Part shown: one piece after another, positions 12,790 to 25,883 of the stretch
How positions within the stretch are numbered: the first letter of the stretch is position 1
Layout: every line of letters begins with the position of its first letter
Origin: the human T2T-CHM13v2.0 reference genome, Homo sapiens
Assembly (NCBI RefSeq): GCF_009914755.1
Contig: NC_060937.1
Strand: one strand, 5' to 3'
Length of the DNA: 64,000 nt
Notes under the pieces: model-generated
Database searches by the model: none
Told to the model about the DNA's origin: nothing
The model's input: only the letters and a program-made list of their open reading frames with translations
Position numbers and translations under genes: made by a program

Positions 12790-13620
12790 TTTGGATAGAC
12801 TGGATTTATTTATTTTCCAGGAGATGTAACAATTAGATAGATCTATGAGGAATGGAGGATGAGGCCCCCGAGGTCACGGTGGACGTGTTTTCTCAGTTTG
12901 CCCATGCTGTGCTAAAAAGCTGTTGTCTAAGGCAAAAGCAGCGAAAGAAAATGCATTTAAAAGGCGGGGAGGGGGGTGCTTCTGTGAATTTATGAGAAGT
13001 GCATCACAAAGACAAATATTTCAGCCATGCAATTCCATTCGGCCTTTTCAGCTGTGTGTCCATAGCAAGTCAACGGCTAAATTGAAAAATCAATTCCAAT
13101 TTAAATTATTGGAATAAAGAACACCAGGAGTCAGAGATAAAATGGCTTTGTTCTCTGAGATCCTTTTTAATTGGAAAGTTATTTCTTCAGGGTATTCTAA
13201 TGGTTCTGAGGGAAGATTGCAAAATAAAGTTGATCGGCTGGGGGAAGGTTAATAGCTAATGTGCTTTCCTTGCTGCACAGCAGTCTCCTGTCTTTATGAC
13301 ATCCCCCATCATATCTGGAAGGACTGAAGATTCTAAATCATTTGATACATGCAAGGACTGTATTTTTCCTTAGTCTTTCAGAAATCATCCTGAGGCTGAA
13401 ACCTTGGCTGAGCGTTGTTGCTCTTGCAGCCTTTCCAACTGGACTCACTTTTGCTTACAAATATCACATGACCCTTTTCTTTCTTTCTTTCTTTCTTTTC
13501 TTCTTCTTTTTTAAAGAAAATTCTTAGGGGAATGTTCACCTACCGATTAAGCAGTAATTAATGAAAATGAAAGACACCTGAAGAGGATGCTAGTAAGCGC
13601 TGTGCTCCTTAATGATGGAA
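12790..13620. promoter_or_regulatory. Candidate conserved non-coding element/enhancer
   Basis: Block with no recognisable repeat, retained CpGs, GC box (AGGCGGGGAGGGG), TTTATGA and TAATT homeodomain motifs, E-boxes; function is inference only. Confidence 0.35.
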
Positions 13621-14868
13621 AAGAAAGAAAGACAAATGCTGGCTTGTACTAAACAGAGAAAAAAAGATACTAGTAGTTACAGACTTAGTAGAAGGTGAAC
13701 AAAGGTACAAAGGTAGCAGAGAGGAAAAACATGGTCTATATAGAAAATATTAATAAATATTGTTATCAAAAGGTTAATACTACGATAAGAAACCAAGTCA
13801 TGTTGAGACAGCTTCAACCCAAAGTTTAAAAAATGAAGCTTAATTAAACATATAATAACCTTTGGTCTGCCAGTAGAAAATTGTTTGGGGCAGCTGTAGA
13901 TTAGAAACCCTAAATGAGCATTTAATTTGAAATTAATAAAACAGCTATGGTATGTGTTAGAAAAAGTTACTGAGGTTTGTTTAGTATATTTAATACTGTA
14001 AAAGAGATAAATCTTGTTGCCATGTAATGAACTCAGAAGTGCAGATACAGTAAATATGTACTTACGTTCTTGTTATTAATGCATTAAATTTGTAGGAATA
14101 TTCAAGAATTTAATTAGCATTTAATAAGATAGCTATAGCAAATTACAGTAGTTGGACATTAAATGTAAATTAATATTTTTAGTATTTAATTGATGTTAAC
14201 TAATTAATTACTATTTATTACATGGTAGCTAGATTTATCTTTTATGGAGTTATTAAATCTCAATTAAAATGCTCTTTTAAGAGGGCACATTCAATTAAAA
14301 ATAATATTCTGTAAGAATTTCAAAACTCCTTTCTCCCAGGATTTGGGGTATGTAAGTGCACAAATTAAATAAGCAGGACAGGACAGAAGGTAAACAGAAA
14401 GGAACCCAATTGGGCCTATGCCTGGGTGTCTCAAACAATTCTAGACACACCCCAAGAAAGAAGGGCTTATTTATGGAAAGTCATGTTTTTTTCTGCTGAA
14501 GTTATAAACTGTATAGGCCTTGGAAAGACTCTCACTCAAAATATCTCTCCACAGTTAATGCTAAGACTTTGAGGGTTTATTTCTCTGAGGAAAGCAACTA
14601 TGGGCTACTAAAATAAAAATGCTACTTATTATTAGTCATTTCTTCCTAGATGTGACTTGGTGTGACTTAATAGTCTCTTAATGAAAGAAAATAAAACATA
14701 TAACTTGAGACTTTATTTTTCCATCAGAGTCTGTGTTCCTCCTGTCAATTCTTGAATGTATTATGTGCTCAATAAATATAATAGAAATGGAATGGATTGA
14801 ATCTCCCGCATCTGGTACCAAATAATTCCTGCAGCTACTTTATACTTACTGTGAAATTGAATCTGAGA

Positions 14869-15142
14869 CAGTATAGGGTAACGGTTAGTTATCCCTACAT
14901 TGAGTAGGCCTGCCTTGTTTTAAATTATGCATCTACATTGTTCAAGGTGTGAGACATCTTTAAGAAGTCATATTACTATTAATATGTATTACTATATTGT
15001 GCCTCAGTGTTCTCCGCAATTGCAGATGATAGTGCCCAACTCTTAGGATTGTCATGAGGACTAAAGGAGTTAATAAATGTAAGGCACTTTAGAACAATAT
15101 CTACCACATAATAAAAGCTCAGTGCATGCTTGCTGTTAGTAT
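14869..15142 (+). mobile_element. MIR
   Basis: GTGCCTCAGTGTTCTC..TAGGATTGTCATGAGGACTAAAGGAGTTAATAAATGTAAGGCACTTTAGAACA.. Confidence 0.8.
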
Positions 15143-15756
15143 GATTTCTAATCTTAAAGAAATGTTCTTCACAATTTGGAGCTGGAGAAGATACATTATG
15201 TTCTAGCACACTAAAAACAATTGAAAAACAAATTAGCTTATTTTTATCTAGCTTCATCCTTTTAAATAATTAATCACAATCATTGTAAACATTTATTGTT
15301 CCCCACAAGTCATTCTTGGCAAAGCTATAAATACTATGTGATTTTAATCTTTTTCTCATGAATCGATCTTTGAAGATTCTTTGTCATTTTTCTTACTACA
15401 GTTTTGAAGCATAATGACCATATTAAATAAAACCTATCTTACATTGATTCTTGCATTACCCTACTAGGTATCTAACACCTCAGCTCAATAAATAGCCATT
15501 TATCATTATTTTTTTAGTCAGTCTTGGGTCTTGTGACATTCTTACCTAGGCTAAGAAAAATTAATTTTCACTTAATATTGCCTGAAATCATTTTTAGAAC
15601 TCAAGCAAGCATTCCAGTCTTTATACTTCTAACTCATTGTTTACCTACTATCTGTGAAATTTATTTGTAAAATTTGACTCAAAGATTCCTTTGTTAATAT
15701 AATACCTAAAATACATGTATTATGTATGATAATATATATTTTATATATATATATTA

Positions 15757-15803
15757 TTTCTGTTGTTAATTTTCTGTTTTAATTTTCTGTTGTTAATTTT
15801 CTG
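15757..15803. repeat. 13-14 bp tandem repeat (TTTCTGTTGTTAAT) x ~3.5
   Basis: Directly visible. Confidence 0.85.
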
Positions 15804-17177
15804 AAGCATTGAGTTTAAAGTCAGGAGAAACAGATTCTCATACCAGCCACTTAGATATACCATTTATTTGCCTTAGCTTTCTTTTACTCTTCTGTAGAAG
15901 AAAGGCTTTAAAGAGAATAATCTTTTTTTAAAAAAAAAAAACTTTTCAAATACAGCATGCTATTAAATTGTACTCAACGAAACAACAAAATTTTTCCTTA
16001 TTACTTGTGTATGGTTTAGCATTTTTATTTTGCTTGGCACTTTTAAAATGTTGGAGTTTTTCTTTTTTGTCCCTCTGAAATGAACAAGTAAAAGAAACAA
16101 ACTTTTTAATATAAACCATTAAACCAAAAAAAAAAAAAAAACATTAAGTGGATGATGCTAACTTCTTCTGTTCCATGAGTAATAGCAATATGAATATTAA
16201 TAGACTTATGATTAAAAGAATAAAAAGTAGTAAAATAATAGATGGAAAAGACAAGTCCATAGAGGTGTGGTCTCTTATTTCTTTGATTCCTCATCAGTCT
16301 CTGCTGATTCAAACTTGGTCTTTAGATGTGTAAGACTAAGCTCTTTGGCAGTAAAGAACTAAAGGAGAAAAGACAGAGCATTTGACATATGTGCAGGAAA
16401 AATATTATTTACTCAGGAGTAAAAAGAATAAAGATGCAAAAGGGAAAAAAGAAACATTTGATCAGAGAAGTTACTAAGGAAAAAAAAGAGAGAGAAATGG
16501 ATATGGGCTATAAGAATATTTTGAATGATGGAACCTGGGTTTGAAATTGACTGAAAGACACAAGGGAAAAAATTGAATTTTATCACTGATATTTCGAATG
16601 GATCCAATAAGAGTTTGACAAAGAGAAGAAAATTAGAACCCAAAACAATGAGCAAATCACTTTGAGAATCACCTGAAACAATCTGCAAGGAGAAGAGTTC
16701 AGTAAAAAAGAAGAAACTGAAGTCACCTGTAAAGACCAAAATGTCTGAAAGGGGACACAACTTAGTGTCTAACTTAGCATGGCTTCTTTGACAATATGGT
16801 CTATTTCCACAGGACAGAAGGTAAACAGATGCTCCAGTCTCTGCTTCAGCTAACAGAATAAATCCTCTATCACGTTTGTGGATGTAATCCTCAAATCTGT
16901 TCTCATTCTGTGCTTGCTTTTGGTAGGTACTTGTTCACCTCCTTCTCTCCTTGTTCTGCCTTTTAGGTTTCAATGCATGACATTGCTGTAACTGTTTCAA
17001 CCTCAAATTTCCCCAATCTTATAGTGCTTCACCTCACCTCTGGTGGTTTGGTGCCGCTCAAATGATCTTCTCCTCCATTTTATCCAACTTTTGGACATGT
17101 CTCATGCTAGCATATCTAAGAGGGGATATAAAACACTCTGTTGTTGTTTTTTTTTTTTAATGCCTTGATTTGCCAGC

Positions 17178-17381
17178 TGTATTAGTTTGTTTTCACACTA
17201 CTATAAAGAACTACCTGAGACTGGGTAATTTATGAAGAAAAGAGGTTTAGTTAACTCACAGTTCTGCAGGCTTAAGAGGAAGCATGACTGGGAGGCCTCG
17301 GGAAACTTACAATCATGGCAGAAGGTGAAGGGGAAGCAAGGACTTTCTTTACATGGTGGCATGAGAGAGAGAGCCGGGAAA
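17178..17381 (-). mobile_element. THE1D/MSTA LTR, half only
   Basis: TGTATTAGTTTGTTTTCACACT..CTGAGACTGGGTAATTTATGAAGAAAAGAGG..CTTACATGGTGGCA; stops after the GAGAGA run. Confidence 0.88.
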
Positions 17382-18266
17382 TCCATGGTATTATTCAGTC
17401 AATGCCTACCACACAGTAACATGCAATATTATATTCATCACTGGAGATTAAGCCTTGAGTGGGCTATTGGAGATGTATTTCAGTAGGACCCTGCAAATAG
17501 TGCCCTTTCAAATATACTTAAAAACAACCACCAGCTTGTAGCTCTGCCAGTGCTGTTTGCCTGTCACAGGTTCATGCCTCTTATCAATTCTGTATGACTA
17601 GCATGCAACATTTATTATTGGTGCCAAATTCACACGTGGTGCACACGCAGTCTCCTCTAGGCCCCATTCTAAGAACACTGGCATGAGTCTGGTTGAGGTA
17701 AAATCAGTCATTTAGGTCAGCAAAGATCGTGGGTTTGTTGTATAAATGTCTTAATGTATATATGCAGTATTCACAAAAACAATACCATTTTTTTTTCAAT
17801 TTGTATTTGAATGGGGTTCCTACTTACTTACTCACTGTTGTTTCGAGACTGCAACAAGAGGATCAAGGAATTCAAAAGAGACAGAATTAGCCAGTGTAAT
17901 GTGCAGTTGAAGATTACAATTTGGAAGAATACACATCAGTTGGCTGTAGCAGTGGCAGAGTATACCACAAAACTATGAGAAAAAAAGACCATGACACATG
18001 GATAAAATAATGGAGCTGCATCTCTGAGACTGAGTTTGCTGTGAGGTTTTATAATAGGCATATGATATGTGACTGCTGGAACAGATCTCTGTATCTGATG
18101 ATGGACCAATTCAGAGAACCAGGGAAGTCCAGAAATAAATTTTGGGCTATGAAAACTGTGCACTTCATACATAATATCTTTCTAAGCATTTGGAGACACT
18201 GAAGAAGAAGTTTATCATACCTTAACTTTAATACCCATGACAGTCTCAATAGATCATTCTATACAG

Positions 18267-18320
18267 GACGACAATATGGAAAACTAAGAGACTAGCAGGA
18301 AGCAGAAAATGAGAAATCAG
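18267..18320 (+). other. Candidate 54-nt non-coding exon
   Basis: TCATTCTATACAG acceptor, CAG|GTAAGG donor, purine-rich body, stops in all three frames. Confidence 0.25.
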
Positions 18321-21192
18321 GTAAGGAAACTTTAACTTAGAACCAAATTAGGTCTTAAGTATCTATTTACCTAATTTAAGAAAAGAGTACATTTTTATCA
18401 AATTCACTCACTTTCTGGTTATGCAGTCTGTCACTGTGCAAAGGCACTGGACAACAGAGTGTAGGGGATGAAGTTCGGATATATTTCCTCACCAAGACTT
18501 GAGGCCCAGCCCGGAAGAATACATAAAGCATAGTGAAGTGTAGTAGTGGTGTTTCCTTGGGTGTTCCCTCATATTCTGAATCCTAATGACCACTGATTAT
18601 AGAATGCATAATTGAGCTGAAAACAGGTTGGACAGAGGAAGAAAATAAATATTACTATACTAAATATGTGTGTTAATTGTGAAAAAGAAAAGGTGTTTCT
18701 TTGAATTCGAGAAGTACAGAGTTATGTCAAATGGATGTCAAAAGATTTATTGGGAAGCCCTAGACAGGCACAGAACTAGGATTGGAGAGATGGTCTTTCC
18801 TCTGCCTTTTAAAGAAGTTCTACAGAATATTCCAATGCACATCAAACTTCAAAATCATTGAATTACAAGAAAATTGCTGTATAAATAATAGAAAAAACAC
18901 AGAAAAGCAACGTTTACTTTTGTATTTTTGTTTATAAGAAAATATGCTTCCAACCCAACATTTGTGGACCACCATGCATCTCGGCAGAATGATCAATTTT
19001 GTCTGCAAACCAAATCTTCAGTCTCTAAGTCAATGAATATGTATAAAGTGTTTGCTTCAATTTTGAAATACTGGCTAACACGAAGCCTCATATTGACTGT
19101 AACTGGAATAGTTATATAATTTTAAAATGCCTTTCTCAAATTATAAACATCTTTAGTTGTAATTAGTTACAATCATTTATATATTAAAATCTGCTAAGGC
19201 ATTTCACCTTTTAATCCTCTTTTAAAAAAATGTAATGGTAAATCTTTCTTTAATATTCTTTTTAGGTTTATTTCTACACTTGACACTAATGTGTAATTTT
19301 CCCATTAATATATGTGGAAATAAAATTTCTGTGCATTCACTGATAGGAGAATAAAACTCTTCATATTATATTTTCATATATAGTATTGAGCCTTCTAAGG
19401 ATATATTTGATCATGGCAGAAAGGTAGCCTGATATGTAACGTTTTGATTGATAAGACATTGTGATTCATAATTGATATCATCTTAGATCTACCAGTGCAA
19501 CAAAAGATCACTTTGAAATTTGATGGGGCTAGAGCATGAAATAAGTTGGAAATAATATTATATCATGTGAAAAAGGAATATACTGACACAAATCTACTAA
19601 TTCATATTAAATTAAAAATATCTTGGAAAGCATAGTCATTAACACCTAGTTCTCAGAACTTGACATTCCACACAAATGTCACTCCGCAGGGTATTACACA
19701 GGAATTAGAGTGTCCTTTCACTGTCAGACTGATAGATAATTCTGAAGAAGTAAAAGAGAAGAAATCTGATTCTTGGTAACATTTAAGATTCAAGTAGAAA
19801 TTTATCACATTTATTTGTGTTTCTGACTTAGGAAAAATAATTACAAATCTTACTCCCTTTTATGTATCTGTAAGATATTATGTCTTCATAAATATTTCTT
19901 TGCATTAAAATATCCAGATATAGGAGGATAGACAAAAATGTTTTTTTTAGCACTCTCAGGGGGATGGGGATAGGGGTTAGGTTAAAGTGATGTATTTATT
20001 CTATTTGATCATAGAATTTCACCCTCTAAGAGAAAGCAGTTTCCCCATGAGTAACACCTATATTATTCTAATAAGCCATCCATCTTTTTTCAATCTAAGA
20101 CTACCTCTAATTGTGTATAGAGAGAAAGAGCATCACTCACCAGACACCCCCAATCATCACTTCAAAAATTAACATATAGAATGAAAACTGGTTCTATTTC
20201 AATTAGGCATTAATACCTAAATTTCTTATTATTATGATCAGTGTTTATCATTCTCAATAATACTTTTTCTTGCACATTCATACTATTAGTGAAAAACTTG
20301 ACTACACAGAAACAAAGCAAAACAAAACCTCCTGTCTCTGAAACAAACACACAGATAGGGAAGCTGTTGTTCTAAGACTTTATCCCCACTGAATCCACTG
20401 AACCTCAACACATGTTCACACTAGTTGTTGCCAAAACAAAGGCCTCATGTCAGAATGAACTCATAATCCTTCATCCCATAATATTTTGTGCATCTGTTGC
20501 CTTGACCCAACCCTTCCATACTTACCCTCCTCTCACACTTTCCTGTTGTATCCCCTGAAGTCTTGATTTGTGGCCTTCAGGCTTTTCTGCATTTTAATAC
20601 ACTCTCTGAACACTACCATGTCTTTAGTGAGAATAAGCCTTGCTTCCTTGTAGCCTTCTTAAATGGGAACTTTCTCCTTTGCGTTTAGTCTCAAAGCAAT
20701 ATTGGTGTCATCTCTTCTATTTGTTGTCCCAGGCCATGAAGTCTTCTTTATTTTAATGAAAATTTGAGCTCCACTCTATCAGGCTTTTTCAGTTTCCACC
20801 TCCTCGCTGCTGTCATCTAGGGAATATGTAACTTACATCTTGCTCATTGAAGATAATGGTGATTTTCTCTCCATCACAGTTCTTGTCATCATTATGAAGG
20901 GCTTCCAAGGCCATGGTAAACACACATGGTTGAACCAATCTCTAAGTTCCCTGCCCTTATTCTCTCTAGGCACCTTCAGTTTCGTTTAACTTATTTACTC
21001 CTAAGGTCAATGCTGGATTCAGTCACTGTTATGATTCTTTAATATGGTCTATATTCTTTTTAAACAACCAGTTCCTATCCTTTTCCCCAATGAATCTCTT
21101 TGTAAGCTAAGAAACCTTCAGATGGCAACTTACTCATTTTCCTTCCAATAATCTACAATAATCCACCTGCAGTTGCACTGGGTTTCTGGGCT

Positions 21193-21244
21193 TTCCTTAT
21201 TTTTTACCCCTTCTGTAATTCCTTATTTTTTACCCCGAATGTAA
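21193..21244. repeat. 26-bp-period tandem duplication
   Basis: TTCCTTATTTTTTACCCC(ttc/gaa)TGTAA twice. Confidence 0.85.
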
Positions 21245-21596
21245 TAACTATCCCTCTGTCTAATAAAGTCAAGATCATTCATATTTGTTCTGGATTCCTG
21301 AACCTGCCATCTCTTTGAGGTACTTTATTCATCTTATCCTTTCACATTTCTGTATTTTTAACATCTCCTTTTTATGAATTACTCCTACCAGCCCCTATAT
21401 ATTGTTTTGCATATCCCACATAAAGCTGTTGCTACAGCTCTACCTCTTCTATAAAATTCAACCAGTTCTTATCTATATAGTCCATCTTCTCTTCCTCATC
21501 TCTCATTCCTTCTTCAACAGACTCTTATTTTTATTTGATTTCTAACATATCACTATAACCTCCTGTGGCCAAAGTCCCTATAGACAATTTTATGCC

Positions 21597-21904
21597 ATTT
21601 ATTTGTTTGTTTATTTATTTATTTTGAGACAGAGTCTCACTATGTCACCCAGGCTGGAATGCAGTGGCACAACCTCGGTTCACCACAACCTCTGCCCCAT
21701 TGCTCAAGCAATTCTTGTGCTTCAGCCTCCCGAGTAGCTGGGACTACAGGTGCATGCCACCATGCCCTGCAAATTTTTGTATTTTTAGTAGAGAGAGAGT
21801 TTCACCATGTTGGCCAGGCTGGTTTGGAACTCCTGGCCTCAAGATCTGCCAGCCTCGTCATCCCTAAATGCTGGGATTAGTGATATGAGCCACCACACCT
21901 GGCA
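21597..21904 (-). mobile_element. Old Alu (Jb/Sz-like)
   Basis: TTTA/TTTG tail, both arms, GAACTCCTGGCCTCAAG, heavy CpG decay. Confidence 0.92.
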
Positions 21905-22402
21905 ATGCTAAAATCTTTAGACAATATTTTTAATATCTTATTTGACCTGACCATTCAGCAACATTCTATATAATTAACATTCCATTTTTCTTGAAAATAC
22001 TATTGACTCCCATGGCGCATTCAGGTAGTTTCTTTCTAATTCACTACTTGCCCTACCTTTACCAGTCTCTTTTATTATTTATTTTTATCTATGCATTGTC
22101 TTAGTATTACTATTATTTCAACAACCTCCTAGGTGAACTCATTGCTCCCCACATTTGAATATTAACTATAGACCAATAATTCCTAATATGTTATTCCCAG
22201 ACAAAACTTCCCTTTTTAACTTTGAACTCAAATATATTGTCAACTGACTACTTGGCACCTTTTTACTTTCTCATGCATCTCAATTTATCATAGATAAAAA
22301 TAAATTCTTGCTTTTTCCTTCGAAATTAGCTACTCCTCCATATATTTTTATAGTCTCAGAAAATAGCATTGTCATGTCTTATGGCATATAAAAAACCATG
22401 AG

Positions 22403-22713
<311 letters not shown>

Positions 22714-22944
22714 TTACCAAGCCCTAGAACTTTACTTTCAATATACAGTGCGTCATTCACTTTCTTTTATCCCCTTTACTATCACTTTTAGCCAATCTGA
22801 AATTATTTATTTCTTAATTATCTTAAGAGCCTTTCAACTTTAATCCATATGTCTCTCTTGCTTCTTCTAATCCATGCATCTATTCTAATTAAACATAAGG
22901 TTATATCTATGTATACACACACCACATTATTTATACATGTAGAA

Positions 22945-23150
22945 AAGTAAAAATATAATTGCACCAATTTATGAATTTTCACACACTAAACATGGTCGTG
23001 TAATGAGCAATGATATCAAAAAGCAGATTATTACCAGTGCTTGGGAAGCACCATTTGCTCTAACTTTTAGTCACTACCATTCTTTCTGGCTTTTAACAAC
23101 AGTTAATAGCTGTTAGTTAATAGTTCTGTCTTATATATTACCATATTTTA
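22945..23150 (-). mobile_element. L1M (ME-like) 3' fragment
   Basis: ATGAATTTTCACACACTAAACAT..GTGTAAT..ATCAAAAAGCAGATTATTACCAG. Confidence 0.5.
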
Positions 23151-23795
23151 TATATCTCAAAAATGTAGTTTCAACACCAAAGGCTTTTGATTTCTGAAGT
23201 ATAAAACAAGGATATAACTTCCAGATTCTCTCTAGAGTCACACATAATCACCTAACGAATTAGCCGTGTAACCCAGTAAGAGTGAAAAAGAAACAGAATT
23301 AAATCAAGAAAATATTTCAATATTTGAAAACCTTTCTTGGAATTGAGACTATACTTTAAGTCTCTTAGAACTTTATTTGCTTCTTGTTTTGTCATTTATT
23401 TATGTTAAAATCTTAAAGCAGAAAGTAAAAGTGAGTTTATTTCAGACTTACTATGGCATTAATATCAGTATCATTTTAACTTTATCTTACAAAAATGTTT
23501 CAGGTTTCTTTTTTAACTACAGTGACAATTAACAAAAAGCTATATATAAAATAGTTCTAAAAAGGACAATTTGAATAAAAGGCACTATCGAAACATTTCT
23601 GGGTCAGTGATAAGAGCAAAAATGTGGGCAAAGCCTACATAGAAAACTGATATGGGCCACTATACATTTCCTGTTCATTTCCTTACATCCTTATGCATTT
23701 ATAGCTATTACTTAAAGTCTGTCTTCTATTACAATGGCTGAACACACACTCTAGTGTGGGATCAACTCAATCTATGCTTAAAACCTAAAGTATAG

Positions 23796-24159
23796 TATAT
23801 TAGTTCATTCTCACACTGCCATAAGGACATACCTGAGACTGAGTAATTTATAAAGAAAAAGAGGTTTAATGAACTCACAGTTTCACATGGCTGGAGAGGC
23901 CTCACAATCATGGCAAAAGGCAAAGGAGCAGCAAAGGTACATCTTACATGGTGGCAGGCAAGAGAGTGTGTACAGGGGAACTGCCCTTTGTAAAACCATC
24001 AGATCTCATGAGACTTATTCACTATCATGAGAACAGCATGGGAAAAGCCTGCTCTCATGACTCAATTACCTCCCACTGGGTGTCTCCCATGACACATGGG
24101 GATTATGGAAGATACAATTCAAGATGTGATTTGGGTGGGGAAACAGCCAAACCATATCA
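23796..24159 (-). mobile_element. THE1 (C/D-like) solo LTR with perfect 5-bp TSD
   Basis: Full THE1 body (GAGGCCTCACAATCATGG, AAAACCATCAGATCTCATGAGACTTATTCACTATCATGAGAACAGCATGGG, CAAACCATATCA); TATAG at 23791-23795 and 24160-24164. Confidence 0.95.
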
Positions 24160-24900
24160 TATAGTATAAATATCTATTTACATAATTCGGGGGCCAATGA
24201 GAGATTTTAATTTATACCAAACTCATTCATTTTATGGTAAAATCACTTTATTAAGCCTTCACTAAAGAAATGGTTTTGCACTTTGGCACAGCAAGAGGGC
24301 ACTGGACAAAAAGGAGTATCAGAGATGAAATCCAGCTAGCACATCATTCACCAACTCAAACTCTAGGCTAAAATGTACTTACAAATTTGTCTGCCAAAAG
24401 GAGCAGCTGAAAAATTAAATGAAACAGGCAGTTTCAGTTGCTGCCTACTACAATGAAAAGAGTGTGGATAATGGGTTCGCATCAGTTAAGTGCCTGTTGC
24501 TACAAAAGTCAAAACATCATATAGAAAAATTAAAGAAACCAAATTCTCTACAGTATATTATTTCTAGTGTCCAAAATATATTTTTAAAGATTTAAATAAA
24601 TGGGAAAATGTGATCCAAAGACAAAAAACAAAATGCAGTAAAGAGGAAATAACTCTGAGATGACTCAGATATTGGATTTTGTAGATAAAGATGTTAAATT
24701 ATTATTAACAATATATCAAAACATAAAGGAAAATTTGACATAATAAATGAATGCACAGAAACCTAGTATAACATTGGAAATACTACCAATAAACAAAATA
24801 GGAATTCTGAACAAAAAGATGTCTGAAATGAAACATTAATTAATGGGTTTAACATAATAAAGAAAATGGGAACGGAAGGGCCAATGATTTAAAAGATAAA

Positions 24901-25546
24901 AGTCTTAGTTCAGGTTGCTATAACAATGTACCATCCAATGGGTAGCTGATAATCAATGGAAATGTATATTTCACTGTTCTGGAAAGTGAAAGCCAGGGAA
25001 CCAGCGTGGTCTCATGGTTGGGTGAGAGCTCTTTTTCAGCTTGAAGACTGCTGAACTCTTATATCTTCACATGGTGGAAAAAGTGAGAGAGGATTCTTTC
25101 ATAAGGGCACTAATCCCATAAGGAGGACTCCACCCTTATGACCTAATGACACACAAAAGCCTGACCTTTAATACCATCTCATTGGGGATTAAGATTTCAA
25201 CATAAGCCCAGGTGTGGTGGCTCATACCTGTAATCACAGCACCTTTGAGAGGCTGAGGCAAGAAGATCACTTGAGGCCAGGAGTTTGAGACCAACCCAGT
25301 CAACATAGTGATACCCTGTCCCTACAAAATATATTTTTTTAATTAACTGGATGTGGTGGTGTGCACAGTAGTCCTAGATACTCAAGAGCCTGAGGTGGGA
25401 TGATCACTTAAGCCCAAGAGTTCAAAGTTACAGTAAATTATGATTGTATCACTCACTCCAGCCTGGTGACAGAGAGATACTCTGTCTCTATTAAAAAAAT
25501 GTCAACATACAAATTTTGGGGAAACATAAACACTCAGTTCATAACA
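24901..25546 (-). mobile_element. MLT1A0 LTR split by AluJ
   Basis: GTCTTAGTTCAGGTTGCTATAACAA..ATAAGGGCACTAATCCCAT..GGGGATTAAGATTTCAACATA [Alu] ..AAATTTTGGGG..AAACACTCAGTTCATAACA. Confidence 0.85.
25205..25499 (+). mobile_element. AluJ (Jo/Jr-like)
   Basis: GATCACTTGAGGCCAGGAGTTTGAGACC..CAACATAGTG, right arm GATCACTTAAGCCCAAGAGTTC; imperfect TSD AAGATTTCAACATA/AAAATGTCAACATA. Confidence 0.92.
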
Positions 25547-25825
25547 ATACAGTAATGGAAATCATCTAATCTGAAATACATAGAGGAAAGGTGTTTAGAA
25601 AAAAATGAACAGGGCTTCATGAGGGCAACATCAAGCAGCTTATAGTAGGTATGGAATCAAAATCACAGGAGAACAAGAGAGAGAAATGAGAATAAAAAAG
25701 ATTGAAAAAATATAGCCAAAAGTACCTAAAATTTATTAAATTTTAAATTAATGGAGTCCAGTGAATACCAAGCAGAGTAAGTATAAAGAGAACTATAACT
25801 AGCATATCCTACTAAAATTTATTGA

Positions 25826-25883
25826 TATTTTTATTTTCATAGTTGGGGGAACAGGTGGTGCTTGGTTGCATGCAAAATTCCTT
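25826..25883 (-). mobile_element. L1PB 3'-terminal fragment
   Basis: TTTTTATTTTCATAGTTGGGGGAACAGGTGGTGCTTGGTTGCATG resembles the antisense L1PB end. Confidence 0.65.

Noticed and set aside
16413-16760. 115-aa F/L/S-rich ORF
   Set aside because: Antisense of an A/G-rich tract (possibly old L2); compositional artefact
17835-18010. Stop-free ~60-codon stretch resembling a pseudogene fragment
   Set aside because: Peptide not recognised; no poly-A or TSD
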